Counted from the first letter of the stretch, positions 1-11,456 are shown. The stretch is 64,000 nt of DNA from an uncultured Azospirillaceae bacterium (GCA_964564675.1 CAZMBI010000003.1:6033-70032), one strand, 5' to 3'. Program-made: numbers and translations. The notes: generated by a model not told the origin, from the sequence alone.

Positions 1-261
1 AGCGGACCAGCCGGACGCGCCCGTGATGAATGGGTGGAAAAGCAGCTGGAAGGCCGGCTGACGATCACCAAGGGCATCAATATTCTTAATTTTGCCATTG
101 AGGTGACCAACGGCACGGCCTATTTTATCGGTCTGGTGGAAAACGAAGACGAGCTGGACCGCATATTGCGCGTGGCCAGCACCACCAAGGGCGTGAAAAA
201 GGTGATCAGCCATTTGCGCCTGTTTGAGCAAAACGCCAACCCAAACCCTGCCGAACTGTAA
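1..261 (+). CDS. BON domain-containing protein, C-terminal fragment (5' end outside window)
   Basis: The frame is open from base 1. The tail ...NGTAYFIGLVENEDELDRILRVASTTKGVKKVISHLRL matches the BON/OsmY-type pattern (V..G.V.L.G.V....e...a..ia....GV..V.n.l.v). Confidence 0.6.
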   Translation, partial: SGPAGRARDEWVEKQLEGRLTITKGINILNFAIEVTNGTAYFIGLVENEDELDRILRVASTTKGVKKVISHLRLFEQNANPNPAEL

Positions 262-264
262 GCG

Positions 265-1218
265 ATGGGGCTGCACGTTGCCATCCAGATGGACCCGCCG
301 GCAGGGCTGAACCCGGCGGACGACTCCACCCTTGCGCTGGCGTTGGAAGCGCAGGCGCGCGGCCATACGCTGTATTATTATCACGCCGGGGAATTGAGCC
401 ACCGGCACGGCAGTGTCTGGGCGCCGCTGCGACCCGTGCGGTTTTTTGATCAGTCCCGCGAATGGTTTCGTGAAGACGCGCCGGAACCGACAGATTTGCG
501 CCACGTCGACGTGGTGCTGATGCGCCAGGACCCGCCCTATGATATGGCCTATCTGACGGCGACGTATCTGCTCGATCAGATCACCGCCGAGACGCTGGTG
601 GTAAACCACCCAGCCGCCGTGCGCAACGCGCCTGAGAAATTATCCATCCTGCAGTTTCCGGATTACATCCCGCCAGGCTGTATCACCCGGGATATAGCCA
701 CCATCGACGCCTTTCGCCGCGAACACGGGGCGATTATTGTCAAGCCGCTTTATGGCTATGGCGGACATGAGGTCTATTATTTCACGCCTGAGGACAGTAA
801 TTGCCCCGTGGTGCTTGAGCATTATCTCGGTCTCTCGCCGCTGCCGCTGATCGTCCAGCGCTTTTTACCCGAGGTGAGTGAACAGGACCGGCGCGTGATA
901 CTGATTGACGGCAAAATAGCCGGCGCCATCGGCCGTATTCCGCTGGCCGGTCATATACGCAGCAATATGCGGGTCGGCGGGCAGGCCGTAGCGGCGGAAC
1001 TCAGCGCCCGCCAGCGAACCATCTGCGAAGCGGTGGGGGCGGTCATCGCGCGCGAGGGTATCCTGCTGGCGGGGCTGGATTTGATCGGCGAATATCTGAC
1101 CGAGATTAACGTCACCTCCCCCACCGGCCTGCGGGCGGTGGCAGCCACCTCTGAACACCGCCCGGCCGCCGCCTTCTGGGATGCAGTGAACCGAAAGGTT
1201 CCCAGCCCCTCGCCTTAA
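265..1218 (+). CDS. gshB: glutathione synthetase (prokaryotic ATP-grasp type)
   Basis: 317 aa. Motifs MRQDPPYDMAYLTATYLL, VVNHPAAVRNAPEKL, IVKPLYGYGG and EINVTSPTG are typical of GshB. Confidence 0.9.
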   Translation: MGLHVAIQMDPPAGLNPADDSTLALALEAQARGHTLYYYHAGELSHRHGSVWAPLRPVRFFDQSREWFREDAPEPTDLRHVDVVLMRQDPPYDMAYLTATYLLDQITAETLVVNHPAAVRNAPEKLSILQFPDYIPPGCITRDIATIDAFRREHGAIIVKPLYGYGGHEVYYFTPEDSNCPVVLEHYLGLSPLPLIVQRFLPEVSEQDRRVILIDGKIAGAIGRIPLAGHIRSNMRVGGQAVAAELSARQRTICEAVGAVIAREGILLAGLDLIGEYLTEINVTSPTGLRAVAATSEHRPAAAFWDAVNRKVPSPSP

Positions 1219-1991
1219 TTCCCCCACACCACAAAAGGACCGTTGCGAAAATCGGGCCGACCATAGGTAAAAGGATCACCCTGCGGCGTTTCAACACGGC
1301 CGCCGGCGGCCAGCACAATGGCATGCCCGGCGGCGGTATCCCATTCCATGGTCGGCCCGAAGCGCGGGTAAATATCGGCGGCGCCTTCCGCCACGCGGCA
1401 GAATTTGAGCGAGCTAGCCGCCGCCACGCGCTCGCTGATCGACAGTTCAGCAAGAAACGCATCAGTCTTGCGGTCACGGTGAGAGAGGCTGACCACCGCC
1501 GTCATCCCCGCCGGCGGCGCCGGGCGCGTGTAGATGGGCCGGCGCGGTCCGTCATGGTCCTGCCGCCAGGCGTCGCCCGCCTCGCTGCCGGCATACAGCT
1601 GACGCGTTACCGGCAGGTAGATCACCCCCATACTGGGGTAATACCCGTTGCCATGGCGCGTGACGAGGCCGATATTGACGGTAAATTCCGCTTCGCCGCG
1701 CAGAAAGCTTTTGGTGCCGTCAAGCGGATCCACCAGCCAGAAGCGCTCGGGATTTTCGGGCAGCACATGCGTTTCGCCCTCCTCGGAAATAATCGGAATC
1801 TCCGGCGCAAGCTCCTGCAATTCCCTTACGATCAGATGATTCGCCGCATGATCGGCGGCGGTCACCGGGCTGGCATCCGCTTTGCGCGCTACCGCCACAT
1901 CGGTTTGGTGATAACCCAGAATGACTTCGCCGGCGGCTTGTGCGATGCAACATAAGCCGTTCATAAATAATTCGTTTTGTGTATCAGCCAT
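1215..1991 (-). CDS. cysQ: 3'(2'),5'-bisphosphate nucleotidase (inositol monophosphatase family)
   Basis: 258 aa with IMPase-family motifs WLVDPLDGTKSF and WDTAAGHAIV. It overlaps the gshB stop by 4 bp on the opposite strand. Confidence 0.8.
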   Translation of the reverse strand: MADTQNELFMNGLCCIAQAAGEVILGYHQTDVAVARKADASPVTAADHAANHLIVRELQELAPEIPIISEEGETHVLPENPERFWLVDPLDGTKSFLRGEAEFTVNIGLVTRHGNGYYPSMGVIYLPVTRQLYAGSEAGDAWRQDHDGPRRPIYTRPAPPAGMTAVVSLSHRDRKTDAFLAELSISERVAAASSLKFCRVAEGAADIYPRFGPTMEWDTAAGHAIVLAAGGRVETPQGDPFTYGRPDFRNGPFVVWGN

Positions 1992-2070
1992 AGCGTTTTA
2001 TGGGGTGACAACCGGCGCGTTGATGCGTATGAATAACGCCATACCATAACCTCAAATTGCACCCAAGGCT

Positions 2071-5000
2071 ATGACCGATCCCTATACAGAACGTTTTTCC
2101 TCTCTTGTAGACCAGATTGCCAACCAGCTTCCGCCGGATACGCCGGAGCTAAAGCGGCAGTTCGTGCGCCTGTTCTTCAACAAAATGCCGCTGATGGATC
2201 TCGAGCAGCTTGATCCCGGGCAGGCCTGCGCGGTGGCCTGCCACAGCTACGGTTTCTTCAAAGATAAAGGGCAGCCGCTGCAAATCCGCCTCCAGACCGC
2301 CGGGGAAGCCCCGCGCGCGGTGGACGATACCCAGCTTATCATCGAGGTGCACAATGACGACATGCCCTTTATTCTCGATTCACTGACGGCGGAACTAAAC
2401 CGTCAGGGCTTTACGTTTTATGAAACCATCCATCCCGTTTTATACCTGAAACGCCAGAAAGACGGCGCGTTAAAACAATTACTGCATATTGACGAGAGCG
2501 GTGATCTGCCCTCCGGGGCGCGGGCCGAATCCTTCATTCATTTCGAGATTTCCGCCATGCCCGAGGGGATGACGGCAGAGCAGCTGGAAAACGACCTGCG
2601 GCGCGTGCTTGATTCAGTGGAACTGTTGGTCAGCGACTGGAAGCCGATGGTGGGCAAGACGCAGGAGGTTTCCAAGCGCTTAAGCTCTGTCAGCAAATAT
2701 TTCGGGCCCGATGAAATTGAGGAGGCACGGGATTTTCTGGAGTGGCTGGGCAATAAGAATTTCGTGTTTTTCGGCTATGTCGAGTATGATTTTTACGACC
2801 GCAACGGCGAGGCATGCCTAACCGTCCGCCCCAATTCGGAACTGGGGATTTTTAAGGCCGCTGATGAAGAGCTCAAGCCGCAGGGCTTGTCTTCGCTGCC
2901 GCCGGAAGTGCTGCATTTCGCGCGCGAGCCGCACCTGATCGAGGTCACCAAATCCAACCGCAAGGCCACGGTGCACCGGCGCGTATTGATGGATTACATC
3001 GCCATCAAGCGTTTTGACGAGCGCGGCGAAGTTATCGGCGAATCACGATTTCTAGGATTATTCACCTCGACGGTGTATTATCAAAGCGCCGACCGTATTC
3101 CCTATATCCGCCGCAAAATAGCGCGCACCCTGGCGCGGGCCAATTTTGACCCGATGAGCCATAACGGCAAAGCGCTGAAAGCGATTCTGGAATTCTACCC
3201 GCGCGATGAACTGTTCCAGATTTCCGAAGACGACCTGTTCCGCTTTTCAATCGAGCTGATTTCGCTGGAAGCGCGGCCAGAGGTCAAGCTGTTTGCCCGG
3301 CGCGACCGGTTTGAACGGTTCATGAGCTGTATGGTCTATGTCCCGCGCGAGCGGTTCACTTCCTATTTACGCGACCAGATCCGCCAGATTCTGGAACATG
3401 CTTTCAACGGCCAGATGAAAGCGTTTTATACGCAACTCAGCGAGTCGCCGCTGGCGCGGGTGCACCTGATTATCGATACCACCCCGGGCCGGATACCGGA
3501 TTATTCGGCGCATGAAATCGAATCGCGCATCGCCGCCATCACCAACCAGTGGGGTGACGCCCTGCGCGAGGCGCTGGCCAAATCGAAAGATGACGAGGAG
3601 GCTCAGCGCCTGGCGCATTCCTTTCAGACCGCTTTTCCCGACGGCTATATCAACTCGCACGCTATCGAGCAGGCCGTTCAGGATATCGACAAAATCCAGC
3701 AATGTGTCGCCGAATGCGGGCTGGCGGTTGATCTGTATCAACGCACAGGCGAAGCGGTCCATCGCTTCCATCTCAAGCTGTATACCTATCAGGGCCAGCA
3801 GGCGCTGTCCGACATGCTGCCCATGCTGGAATATATGGGCTGCCGGGTGCTGGAGATGATCCCTTATGCCATCGCCCCGCGCTGGAAACACGGCGAAATT
3901 CTGATTCGTGATTTTATGCTGGAATTGCCCGGCGAGCAGGAAGTCAGGCTCAACAAGGTGAAGCAAAAGGTCGAAGATACGCTGATTGAAGTGTGGAGCG
4001 GCCGCATCGCCAATGATGCGTTTAATGCGCTGGTGTTAATGGCGCGCCTGTCGTGGCGTCAGGTAGAGATGCTGCGCGCTTACAGCCAGTATCTGCGGCA
4101 GGTCGGGTTTGCATATTCCCAGCGTTACATTGCGCAGGCCCTCGCCCGCCACCCGGAAGCCGCGCGCATTATCGTCGAGGCGTTCAGCCTGCGCTTTGAC
4201 CCGAAGGTCAACACGCCGCAGGATGATTCGCAGTTCCGCGGCCAGCTGGTGGCGATGGATCACTATCTCGATCAGGTCAGCAACCTCGCCGAAGACCGCA
4301 TTATCCGCCGCTTTATCGATTTGATTCAGGCGACGTTGCGCACCAATTATTTCCAGACCGACAGCGCGGGCAACCATAAGCCCTATGTCGCCCTTAAATT
4401 TCGCTCGGCCGATGTACCGGGACTGCCGGCGCCGGTGCCCTATGCCGAGATTTTCGTCTATAGCCTGCGCACCGAAGGCATTCATCTGCGCGGCAGCGAT
4501 GTGGCGCGCGGCGGACTGCGCTGGTCGGACCGGCCGGAAGATTACCGCACCGAAGTGCTCGGTCTGGTCAAAGCGCAGATGGTGAAAAACGCGGTGATCG
4601 TCCCCCAGGGCGCCAAGGGCGGATTCGTCGTCAAGTGCCCGCCGGCAGGCGGAGACCGCCAGGCCTTGCAGGAAGAAGGCAAAGCCTGTTACCGCCTGTT
4701 TTTAAGCGGCCTGCTCGATGTGACCGATAATATCCGCCAGGGCGAGGTGGTGCCGCCCAAACACGTCATCCGCTTCGACGGCGACGACCCCTATCTCGTG
4801 GTGGCGGCCGATAAGGGCACCGCAACCTTCTCCGATATCGCCAACGAGATCGCCGCGTCATATAATTTCTGGCTGGGTGATGCCTTTGCCTCCGGCGGAT
4901 CGGCTGGCTATGATCACAAGGAAATGGGCATTACGGCGCGCGGCGCATGGGTCTCAGTCGAGCGGCATTTCCGAGAGATGGGTAAAAATATTGCCGAGGA

Positions 5001-6894
5001 AGATGTCACCGTTATCGGCATCGGCGATATGTCCGGCGACGTGTTTGGCAACGGCATGTTACTGTCACGGCATATCAAGCTGATCGGTGCGTTTAATCAT
5101 CGCCATATCTTCCTTGATCCCGACCCCGACCCGAAAACAAGCTACGCAGAGCGCGAGCGGTTATTCGCCGCACCCGGCTCGCAATGGACCGATTATAACG
5201 AAAAATGCATCTCCAAAGGTGGCGGCGTGTTCCCGCGGGATCAGAAAATCATCCCCTTAAGCCCGCAGGTCCGTGAGATGCTGGGTACGTCGGAAGAACG
5301 CGTGGCCCCGGAGATTCTGATCCAGCTGCTGCTTAAGACCGAAGCCGACCTGCTCTGGAATGGCGGGATCGGCACCTATGTCAAAGCCTCTGATGAAACC
5401 CACGACGATGTGGGTGACCGGGCCAATAATGCGGTGCGCGTTAACGGCAATCAGCTACGTGTGAAGGTGGTCGGCGAAGGCGGCAATCTGGGGCTCACCC
5501 AGAAAGCGCGCATTGAGTACGCGCGCGCCGGCGGGCGGATTAATACCGATGCCATCGATAATTCCGGCGGGGTGGATTGCTCCGACCATGAAGTCAACAT
5601 CAAGATCGCCCTCAAGCCGGCGATTGAATCGGGCGCACTCGCACTGGCCGAGCGCAACCGGCTGCTTGAGGACATGACGAAAGGGGTGGCGCGGCTGGTC
5701 CTGATTGATAACCGGCTGCAAACCCAGGCGCTGTCGATCGCCGAGCATCGCGGTTATGAATTGCTGGATCCACTGGCGCGTATGATGGACCGGCTGGAAG
5801 ATGAGGGTTTCCTCGACCGCGAGATGGAATTTCTGCCGACACGCAAGCAAATCAGCGAGTTGCGCGCCCAGCGCAGCGGCCTGAGCCGGCCGGAGCTAGC
5901 TGTCCTGCTGGCCTATGCCAAGCTTGTACTTTACCGTGATCTGAAGGATTCGGCAATGGTGCGCTCGGATTATTTTCAGCATGATCTGTTACGCTATTTC
6001 CCCGAACCCATGCGTGAACCCTACCGCGAGGGAATCATGCATCACCGCCTGCGCGGAGAGATCGTGGCCACCATCATCACCAACAGCATGGTCAACCGCG
6101 CGGGTATCAATTTCGCCAACACTATTTTAGAGGAAACCGGCGTGCACCCGTGCGATCTGGCGCGGGCATATGTCATCAGCCGCGACGCGTTTAACCTGCG
6201 CTCGCTGTGGACGGAGATCGAGGCGATCGAACGGGTGGATGTGCAGGCGGATCTGTTCAGCGCAACGGCCACCTTCCTTGAGCGCACCGTGTTGTGGTTC
6301 CTCAATCACTTGCCGCAACCGATCGAAATCGAGCAGACCATCGCCGATTACAAACCCGGTATCGAATCTTTCCTGACCTGTTTTGAATCGATTCTCTCCC
6401 CTACCCTGCTTGAGACCTATAAACAACGCACGGCGGGTTATGCCGAATGCGGCGCACCGGAACATGTGGCCAGTCGGGTGGCCGGACTTGACGTATTAAG
6501 CTCGGCGTGCGACGTGGTCGCCGTCGCGCGTGGCAGCGGGCTGAGCGTGCCGGTAGTGGGCAATATCTATTTCGAGCTTGGCGCCCGGCTGCGTCTGGGC
6601 TGGCTGCGGCGCCGCGCACAGGCGCTGCCGGTTGAGAATTATTGGGACCGGCTGGCCACGAAAACCGTGATCGACGATTTATTCACCCAGCAACAGCGGC
6701 TGACGGCGACCGTGCTGAAAACGCTGTGCGAGGGCGATGATTGCAGCCTCTCGGTGGAACGCTGGCAGGAACACCATCAGGCCGAACTCGATCGCTATTT
6801 CCGTTTCCTGGATGATCTGAAGAGTATGGACCATATCGACCTGTCGATGCTGGTGGTGGGGTTGCGTCAGGTGGAATCGATCTGTTCGCTGTAA
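2071..6894 (+). CDS. gdhZ: NAD-specific glutamate dehydrogenase, large (about 180 kDa) type
   Basis: 1607 aa. The central catalytic block GGLRWSDRPEDYRTEVLGLVKAQMVKNAVIVPQGAKGGF and the overall size match the giant bacterial NAD-GDH family (GdhB of Pseudomonas, GdhZ of Caulobacter). Confidence 0.9.
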   Translation: MTDPYTERFSSLVDQIANQLPPDTPELKRQFVRLFFNKMPLMDLEQLDPGQACAVACHSYGFFKDKGQPLQIRLQTAGEAPRAVDDTQLIIEVHNDDMPFILDSLTAELNRQGFTFYETIHPVLYLKRQKDGALKQLLHIDESGDLPSGARAESFIHFEISAMPEGMTAEQLENDLRRVLDSVELLVSDWKPMVGKTQEVSKRLSSVSKYFGPDEIEEARDFLEWLGNKNFVFFGYVEYDFYDRNGEACLTVRPNSELGIFKAADEELKPQGLSSLPPEVLHFAREPHLIEVTKSNRKATVHRRVLMDYIAIKRFDERGEVIGESRFLGLFTSTVYYQSADRIPYIRRKIARTLARANFDPMSHNGKALKAILEFYPRDELFQISEDDLFRFSIELISLEARPEVKLFARRDRFERFMSCMVYVPRERFTSYLRDQIRQILEHAFNGQMKAFYTQLSESPLARVHLIIDTTPGRIPDYSAHEIESRIAAITNQWGDALREALAKSKDDEEAQRLAHSFQTAFPDGYINSHAIEQAVQDIDKIQQCVAECGLAVDLYQRTGEAVHRFHLKLYTYQGQQALSDMLPMLEYMGCRVLEMIPYAIAPRWKHGEILIRDFMLELPGEQEVRLNKVKQKVEDTLIEVWSGRIANDAFNALVLMARLSWRQVEMLRAYSQYLRQVGFAYSQRYIAQALARHPEAARIIVEAFSLRFDPKVNTPQDDSQFRGQLVAMDHYLDQVSNLAEDRIIRRFIDLIQATLRTNYFQTDSAGNHKPYVALKFRSADVPGLPAPVPYAEIFVYSLRTEGIHLRGSDVARGGLRWSDRPEDYRTEVLGLVKAQMVKNAVIVPQGAKGGFVVKCPPAGGDRQALQEEGKACYRLFLSGLLDVTDNIRQGEVVPPKHVIRFDGDDPYLVVAADKGTATFSDIANEIAASYNFWLGDAFASGGSAGYDHKEMGITARGAWVSVERHFREMGKNIAEEDVTVIGIGDMSGDVFGNGMLLSRHIKLIGAFNHRHIFLDPDPDPKTSYAERERLFAAPGSQWTDYNEKCISKGGGVFPRDQKIIPLSPQVREMLGTSEERVAPEILIQLLLKTEADLLWNGGIGTYVKASDETHDDVGDRANNAVRVNGNQLRVKVVGEGGNLGLTQKARIEYARAGGRINTDAIDNSGGVDCSDHEVNIKIALKPAIESGALALAERNRLLEDMTKGVARLVLIDNRLQTQALSIAEHRGYELLDPLARMMDRLEDEGFLDREMEFLPTRKQISELRAQRSGLSRPELAVLLAYAKLVLYRDLKDSAMVRSDYFQHDLLRYFPEPMREPYREGIMHHRLRGEIVATIITNSMVNRAGINFANTILEETGVHPCDLARAYVISRDAFNLRSLWTEIEAIERVDVQADLFSATATFLERTVLWFLNHLPQPIEIEQTIADYKPGIESFLTCFESILSPTLLETYKQRTAGYAECGAPEHVASRVAGLDVLSSACDVVAVARGSGLSVPVVGNIYFELGARLRLGWLRRRAQALPVENYWDRLATKTVIDDLFTQQQRLTATVLKTLCEGDDCSLSVERWQEHHQAELDRYFRFLDDLKSMDHIDLSMLVVGLRQVESICSL

Positions 6895-6982
6895 GGCGAT
6901 GTGTTCTCAGTGGATGATGCGCAAAACACCGATTATATGACGCCCCCTTCCAGCGGCTCGGCTGCGCGGAGCGCACCTCCAC

Positions 6983-7004
6983 CTCCTCCCTTAAAGGGGA
7001 GGAG
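6983..7004. repeat. C-rich/G-rich hairpin (CTCCTCCC-TTAAAG-GGGAGGAG) followed by GGGAGGGGGG; intergenic member of the hairpin-repeat family
   Basis: 8-bp perfect stem read directly from the sequence, between the convergent gdh and purH genes. No flanking U-tract on either strand. Confidence 0.6.
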
Positions 7005-7061
7005 CAGGGAGGGGGGTATAGAATGTTATCACCCGTAACAATACGCTGCCCGGCGAGGCGC

Positions 7062-8600
7062 TTAATGTTTGAAATGCCGGGTACCGGTGAGCACCATGGC
7101 CATGCCGTAATGGTCGGCCGCGCGGGTAACGTCTTCGTCGCGGATCGACCCGCCGGGCTGAATCAGCGCCACCACGCCGAGTTCGGCGGCGTAATGCACG
7201 TTATCATCAAAGGGAAAAAACGCATCGGAGGCCAGCACGCTGCCCACTGTGGAAAGCTTGGCATGCTCGGCCTTCCACCCGGCCAGGCGTACGCTGTCCA
7301 CCCGGCTCATCTGCCCGGCGCCGATACCTACCGTCGCCCCGTCCTTGGCTAACACGATGGCGTTGGATTTGACATGTTTACACACCGTAAAGGCAAAGCG
7401 CAGGTCGCGCATTTCCGAAAGGATCGGCTTGCGACTGGTGGCAAGCGTCAGGCCAGCGTCATTCATCACGCCGGTATCGCGCTGCTGCACCAGATAACCG
7501 CCGTTGATCGAGGTAATCTCCCAGGATGCGCGGTCCTTATCGGGCAGACCGCCGGTGGTGAGAATGCGCAGATTTTTGCGCGCGCGCAGCCTGTCCATCG
7601 CGCCGGGAGTGATATCGGGGGCGATCAACACCTCAAGGAACAGGCTGCCCAACGCCTCAACCAGCTCCGTCTCCACCGTGCGGTTGACGGCGACGATCCC
7701 GCCATAAGCGCTGGTGGTATCGCAGGCCAGCGCCTTGTGATAGGCGTTGACCAGATCGTCCGCGATGGCCGCGCCGCAGGGATTGGCGTGTTTGACGATA
7801 ACCACCGCCGGTTCGTCGAACTCGCTGACCAGTTCAAAGGCGGCATTGGTATCGTTGATATTGTTATAGCTGAGTTCCTTGCCGTGATGCTGTGTGGCGC
7901 CGGCCACTCCTGCCGGCGCGTGATGACGCACATAAAAGGCGGCGGCCTGATGGGGGTTTTCGCCGTAGCGCAGGACCTGCCGGCGCGCCCCGTCATACAG
8001 ATAAGGCGGCCAGTCGTCGGTATTCTCCTGGGCGGCGAACCAGGCGGCAATCGCGCTGTCATAGGCCGCGCAGCGGGCAAAGGCCTTAGCCGCCAGGCGA
8101 CGGTTAAGCGCTGGCGATATGTCTTGCGCCAGCGCGCTGATAACGCTGCCGTAATCCTGCGGGTCCACCACCACGGTCACATGCGGATGGTTCTTAGCGG
8201 CGGCGCGGATCATCGCCGGGCCGCCGATATCGATCTGTTCGACCGCCGCGTCAAAACCGGCACCGGCGGCAACGGTCGATTCAAACGGGTAGAGATTGAC
8301 CACCAGCAAATCGATGGCGTCTATGCGGTGCGCCTGCATGGCGCGCATGTCTTCGGGCGTGTCGCGTCGTGCCAGCAGCCCGCCATGGATCATGGGATGC
8401 AGGGTTTTCACCCGCCCGTCCATCATCTCGGGAAAACCGGTATGATCCGACACATCGGTCACGGCAATGCCGTGTTCCTGCAACAGCCGGGCGGTACCGC
8501 CGGTGGACAGAATCGCCACCTCCTGGGCAATAAGCGCCTGCGCAAGTTCGACGATGCCGGTTTTATCCGATACGGAAAGCAGGGCGCGGGTGATGGTCAT
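7062..8600 (-). CDS. purH: bifunctional AICAR transformylase / IMP cyclohydrolase
   Basis: 512 aa. N-terminus [10 protein letters not shown]...STGGTARLL and C-terminus [10 protein letters not shown] are canonical PurH. Confidence 0.95.
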   Translation of the reverse strand: MTITRALLSVSDKTGIVELAQALIAQEVAILSTGGTARLLQEHGIAVTDVSDHTGFPEMMDGRVKTLHPMIHGGLLARRDTPEDMRAMQAHRIDAIDLLVVNLYPFESTVAAGAGFDAAVEQIDIGGPAMIRAAAKNHPHVTVVVDPQDYGSVISALAQDISPALNRRLAAKAFARCAAYDSAIAAWFAAQENTDDWPPYLYDGARRQVLRYGENPHQAAAFYVRHHAPAGVAGATQHHGKELSYNNINDTNAAFELVSEFDEPAVVIVKHANPCGAAIADDLVNAYHKALACDTTSAYGGIVAVNRTVETELVEALGSLFLEVLIAPDITPGAMDRLRARKNLRILTTGGLPDKDRASWEITSINGGYLVQQRDTGVMNDAGLTLATSRKPILSEMRDLRFAFTVCKHVKSNAIVLAKDGATVGIGAGQMSRVDSVRLAGWKAEHAKLSTVGSVLASDAFFPFDDNVHYAAELGVVALIQPGGSIRDEDVTRAADHYGMAMVLTGTRHFKH

Positions 8601-10474
8601 GTCACACTTTCTGGCCGGTATTCCGGCACCAGGGTTTGCAGTTGTTGCATCAGCTGCCGGCGATTTCCCTCGCGCGCGCTTTTTTGCAGCGCATCAAGCT
8701 GCTCACGCAGGGGTGCCAGCGCAATCTCGCGGGCCTGCGCGAGCTTAATCGCCGTATGGTCGGTTTCGATCAGCGGTTCGCTATCATAAAATAATTCCTC
8801 GTGCAATTTCTCTCCCGGGCGTAATCCCGTATAGCTGATGGCAATATCCTCATACGGGCGCAGGCCGGCCAGGCGGATCATTTGCAGCGCCAGATCCTCG
8901 ATACGTACCGGCTCGCCCATCTCCAGCACATAAATGGGGGCGGCCTGTTGGCGTTGTTCCAGCCCGAGCACGGCAGCCTGTATGATCAGTTGCACCGCCT
9001 CGCGGATGGTCATGAAATAACGCGTCATATCCTTATGGGTGACGGTCAGCGGCCCCCCGCCCTCAAGCTGACGCTGAAACAACGGCACCACCGAGCCGGT
9101 GGAGCCCAGCACGTTACCGAAACGCACGGTGATAAAGCGCGTGGCGGCGCCGCTCTGACCGAGCGCCTGGCAGTAGGTCTCGCCGATGCGTTTACACGCC
9201 CCCATGATATTGGTCGGGTTGACAGCCTTGTCGGTGGAAACCTGCACCATCAGCGGCACTTCGGCTTCCACGCAAGCATCAGCGATGATGCGCGTGCCAA
9301 GCGCATTGCTTAATACCGCTTCTTCGGGATTGGTCTCGCATAGCGGTACGTGTTTGAGCGCGGCGGCATGAAACACGATATCGGGCCGGTGACGACTAAA
9401 CAACCGCCGCATGGAAGGGCCTTCACGCACATCGCCGAGCACAGCCTTGCGCGGCAGGTCGGCGGCGTGTTCGTGTACTTCACGGTCAATTTCATACAGG
9501 TTGTATTCGCCGTTATCGACCAGAATAAGGGCACGCGGATGAAAACCCGTCACCTGGCGCACCAGTTCCGAACCGATGGACCCGCCGGCACCGGTGATCA
9601 GCACCGTTTTATCCATTACCATGGCCCGCATCGCCTCCCAGTCAAGCCGCGCTTGCGGCCGGCCGAGTATATCCTCTACCGCCACCGGCTTAATATCGAA
9701 CTTATCGCCGTCGCCCTGGGCCAGATTCGCCAGCCGCGGCATACGCGCCAGCGGCACGCCCTCGCGCTCGGCTATCTCCAGCAGGGTGCGCACCTGCCCA
9801 CCCTCCAGCAGTGGATCGGTTAGCACCATGCGTTGCGGCGCCTCATCCTTGCGCCGCAGTTTACGCAGCACCGTGGATAATTCCTCGGTGGTGCCATACA
9901 CGCGCACATGGTTGATGTTGCGCCCGGCATGTTCAGGCGTAGTGGCCACCACCCCCACCACCCGGTATGAGAAGGACGGGCTGCGCAGCGATTCACGAAT
10001 GAATAATTCGGCATCAGCAGTCGCTCCGATAAGCAGCACCGGGATCTGCCGCTCATGCGGTAGAGCGAGGCGTTTTTCGTGAAAGGCGCGGATCAGCACG
10101 CGCGGGGCGGCCAGCAGAGTGACCAGCACCATGGCATGCAGCAAAGGCACCGAGCGCGGCAGCAATTCCAGCCGCATGGTTAAAAACAGCAGGCCATAAA
10201 AGCAGCCCAGCGCGGCGATGGTAATCTTGCCGATGGTAAACAGATCCTTCAGCGAGACATAGCGCCACAGGCGGCGGTAAAGCCGGGTGAGCAGCACCAT
10301 CCCCAGCGTGATCGCCGCACATAGCAGCATGCCCGGCCACACATAATCGGCCGCGTGCACCCACATCGCATCCGACCAGCGCAGATACAGCGCCACCATA
10401 AAGCTCAGCCCGGCAGCCAGCGTGTCATGGGTCAGGGTCAGCAGGTTGCGCAGATATTTAGGCCGCCATTTCAT
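8597..10474 (-). CDS. polysaccharide biosynthesis protein, CapD/PglF/WbpM-like membrane-anchored NDP-sugar 4,6-dehydratase
   Basis: 625 aa. Hydrophobic N-terminal segments are followed by a Rossmann motif [14 protein letters not shown] and [15 protein letters not shown]. Its stop overlaps the purH start by 4 bp. Confidence 0.85.
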   Translation of the reverse strand: MKWRPKYLRNLLTLTHDTLAAGLSFMVALYLRWSDAMWVHAADYVWPGMLLCAAITLGMVLLTRLYRRLWRYVSLKDLFTIGKITIAALGCFYGLLFLTMRLELLPRSVPLLHAMVLVTLLAAPRVLIRAFHEKRLALPHERQIPVLLIGATADAELFIRESLRSPSFSYRVVGVVATTPEHAGRNINHVRVYGTTEELSTVLRKLRRKDEAPQRMVLTDPLLEGGQVRTLLEIAEREGVPLARMPRLANLAQGDGDKFDIKPVAVEDILGRPQARLDWEAMRAMVMDKTVLITGAGGSIGSELVRQVTGFHPRALILVDNGEYNLYEIDREVHEHAADLPRKAVLGDVREGPSMRRLFSRHRPDIVFHAAALKHVPLCETNPEEAVLSNALGTRIIADACVEAEVPLMVQVSTDKAVNPTNIMGACKRIGETYCQALGQSGAATRFITVRFGNVLGSTGSVVPLFQRQLEGGGPLTVTHKDMTRYFMTIREAVQLIIQAAVLGLEQRQQAAPIYVLEMGEPVRIEDLALQMIRLAGLRPYEDIAISYTGLRPGEKLHEELFYDSEPLIETDHTAIKLAQAREIALAPLREQLDALQKSAREGNRRQLMQQLQTLVPEYRPESVT

Positions 10475-11456
10475 CGGCCGATACCTTGGGCGGGCGCGCC
10501 AGCAACACGCAAAACGCGACGCTCATCGCATAGGCCAGTGCCAGCATGGCGTAACTGACAGGGCCCTTCATCACCGACAGACAGGCAAACGCCACTAAGA
10601 ATATGTTCACGGTGAGCACGCTGTGGGCCACCTGTGCATGGCTGCGCCCGGCACGCACGGCCTTTTGATAAAAATGCTCGGAATGCGCCTGCCACGGTGC
10701 TTGCCGTTTGATCACCCGGCGCCCCAGCGTGACCGTGGCGTCGGTCAGATAATATGCCGGCAGAATCAACGCCGCTTCCCAATAGCCATGACCGGCCAGG
10801 CTGAGCAATAGATAACCCATGAGAAATCCCAGCGGCAGGCTGCCGGCATCGCCCATAAACAGGGCGGCCGGATGCCGGTTCCAGGGATAAAAGGCGAGCA
10901 CCGCGGCAATAATGATCACCGCATCAATCGCCAGGGAACGCGGAATATCGGGCACGGTAAAGCCCAGCACGGCGATGCCGGCGGCAATCGCCGCGCTTTC
11001 CATCACCGAGATTTCATCGATCCCGTCCATGAAGTTAAACAGGTTGATAAACCACAGCCAGAGCAACAGCATGATCGGATAATCCAGCCATAACGGCACG
11101 ATCCCCTGCAGCAAGGGCATCTGCACCGTCCCTATGGCCAGCAGTACCGCGATACATTGCACCCCGAAACGATGGACGATCGGCACGCCGCGCATATCGT
11201 CGATAAAGCCGACCAGGCACAAGATGAGTGTGCCCCACAGCAGGTTTTCGGGCGCGTTGGCGACGATTAAAAAGCCGAGCGCCACCAAGATGAAGGCAAT
11301 GCCCGCCCCGGTGGGCACCGGATTGGCGTGGTTGCTGCGCTCGGTGGGCGCGTCAAACAATTCGTATTTGTTCAGGATGATATAGGCGGCATAAACCGCC
11401 AGCCCCGCGAACAGAAACGTCGAAACCGCCAAAATAATGTAATACAGCGTATACAT
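10458..11456 (-). CDS. glycosyltransferase family 4 (WecA/WbpL/MraY-like polyprenyl-phosphate HexNAc-1-phosphate transferase)
   Basis: Polytopic membrane protein with motifs NLFNFMDGIDE and MGDAGSLPLGF. I chose the ATG at 11456 (MYTLYYIILAV...). The track ORF start at 11660 would overlap mutL and encodes an Arg/Pro-rich non-membrane leader. Confidence 0.8.
   Translation of the reverse strand: MYTLYYIILAVSTFLFAGLAVYAAYIILNKYELFDAPTERSNHANPVPTGAGIAFILVALGFLIVANAPENLLWGTLILCLVGFIDDMRGVPIVHRFGVQCIAVLLAIGTVQMPLLQGIVPLWLDYPIMLLLWLWFINLFNFMDGIDEISVMESAAIAAGIAVLGFTVPDIPRSLAIDAVIIIAAVLAFYPWNRHPAALFMGDAGSLPLGFLMGYLLLSLAGHGYWEAALILPAYYLTDATVTLGRRVIKRQAPWQAHSEHFYQKAVRAGRSHAQVAHSVLTVNIFLVAFACLSVMKGPVSYAMLALAYAMSVAFCVLLARPPKVSADEMAA

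Noticed and set aside
6983-7004. Hairpin between gdh and purH considered as a canonical rho-independent terminator
   Set aside because: There is no U-tract after the stem on either strand. It is kept only as a repeat-family member.
7374-8789. 471-aa plus-strand ORF
   Set aside because: It is antisense to purH and the CapD-like gene. The translation is Gly/Arg/Ala/His-rich low complexity, typical of shadow ORFs in high-GC DNA, and the opposite strand has unmistakable PurH motifs.
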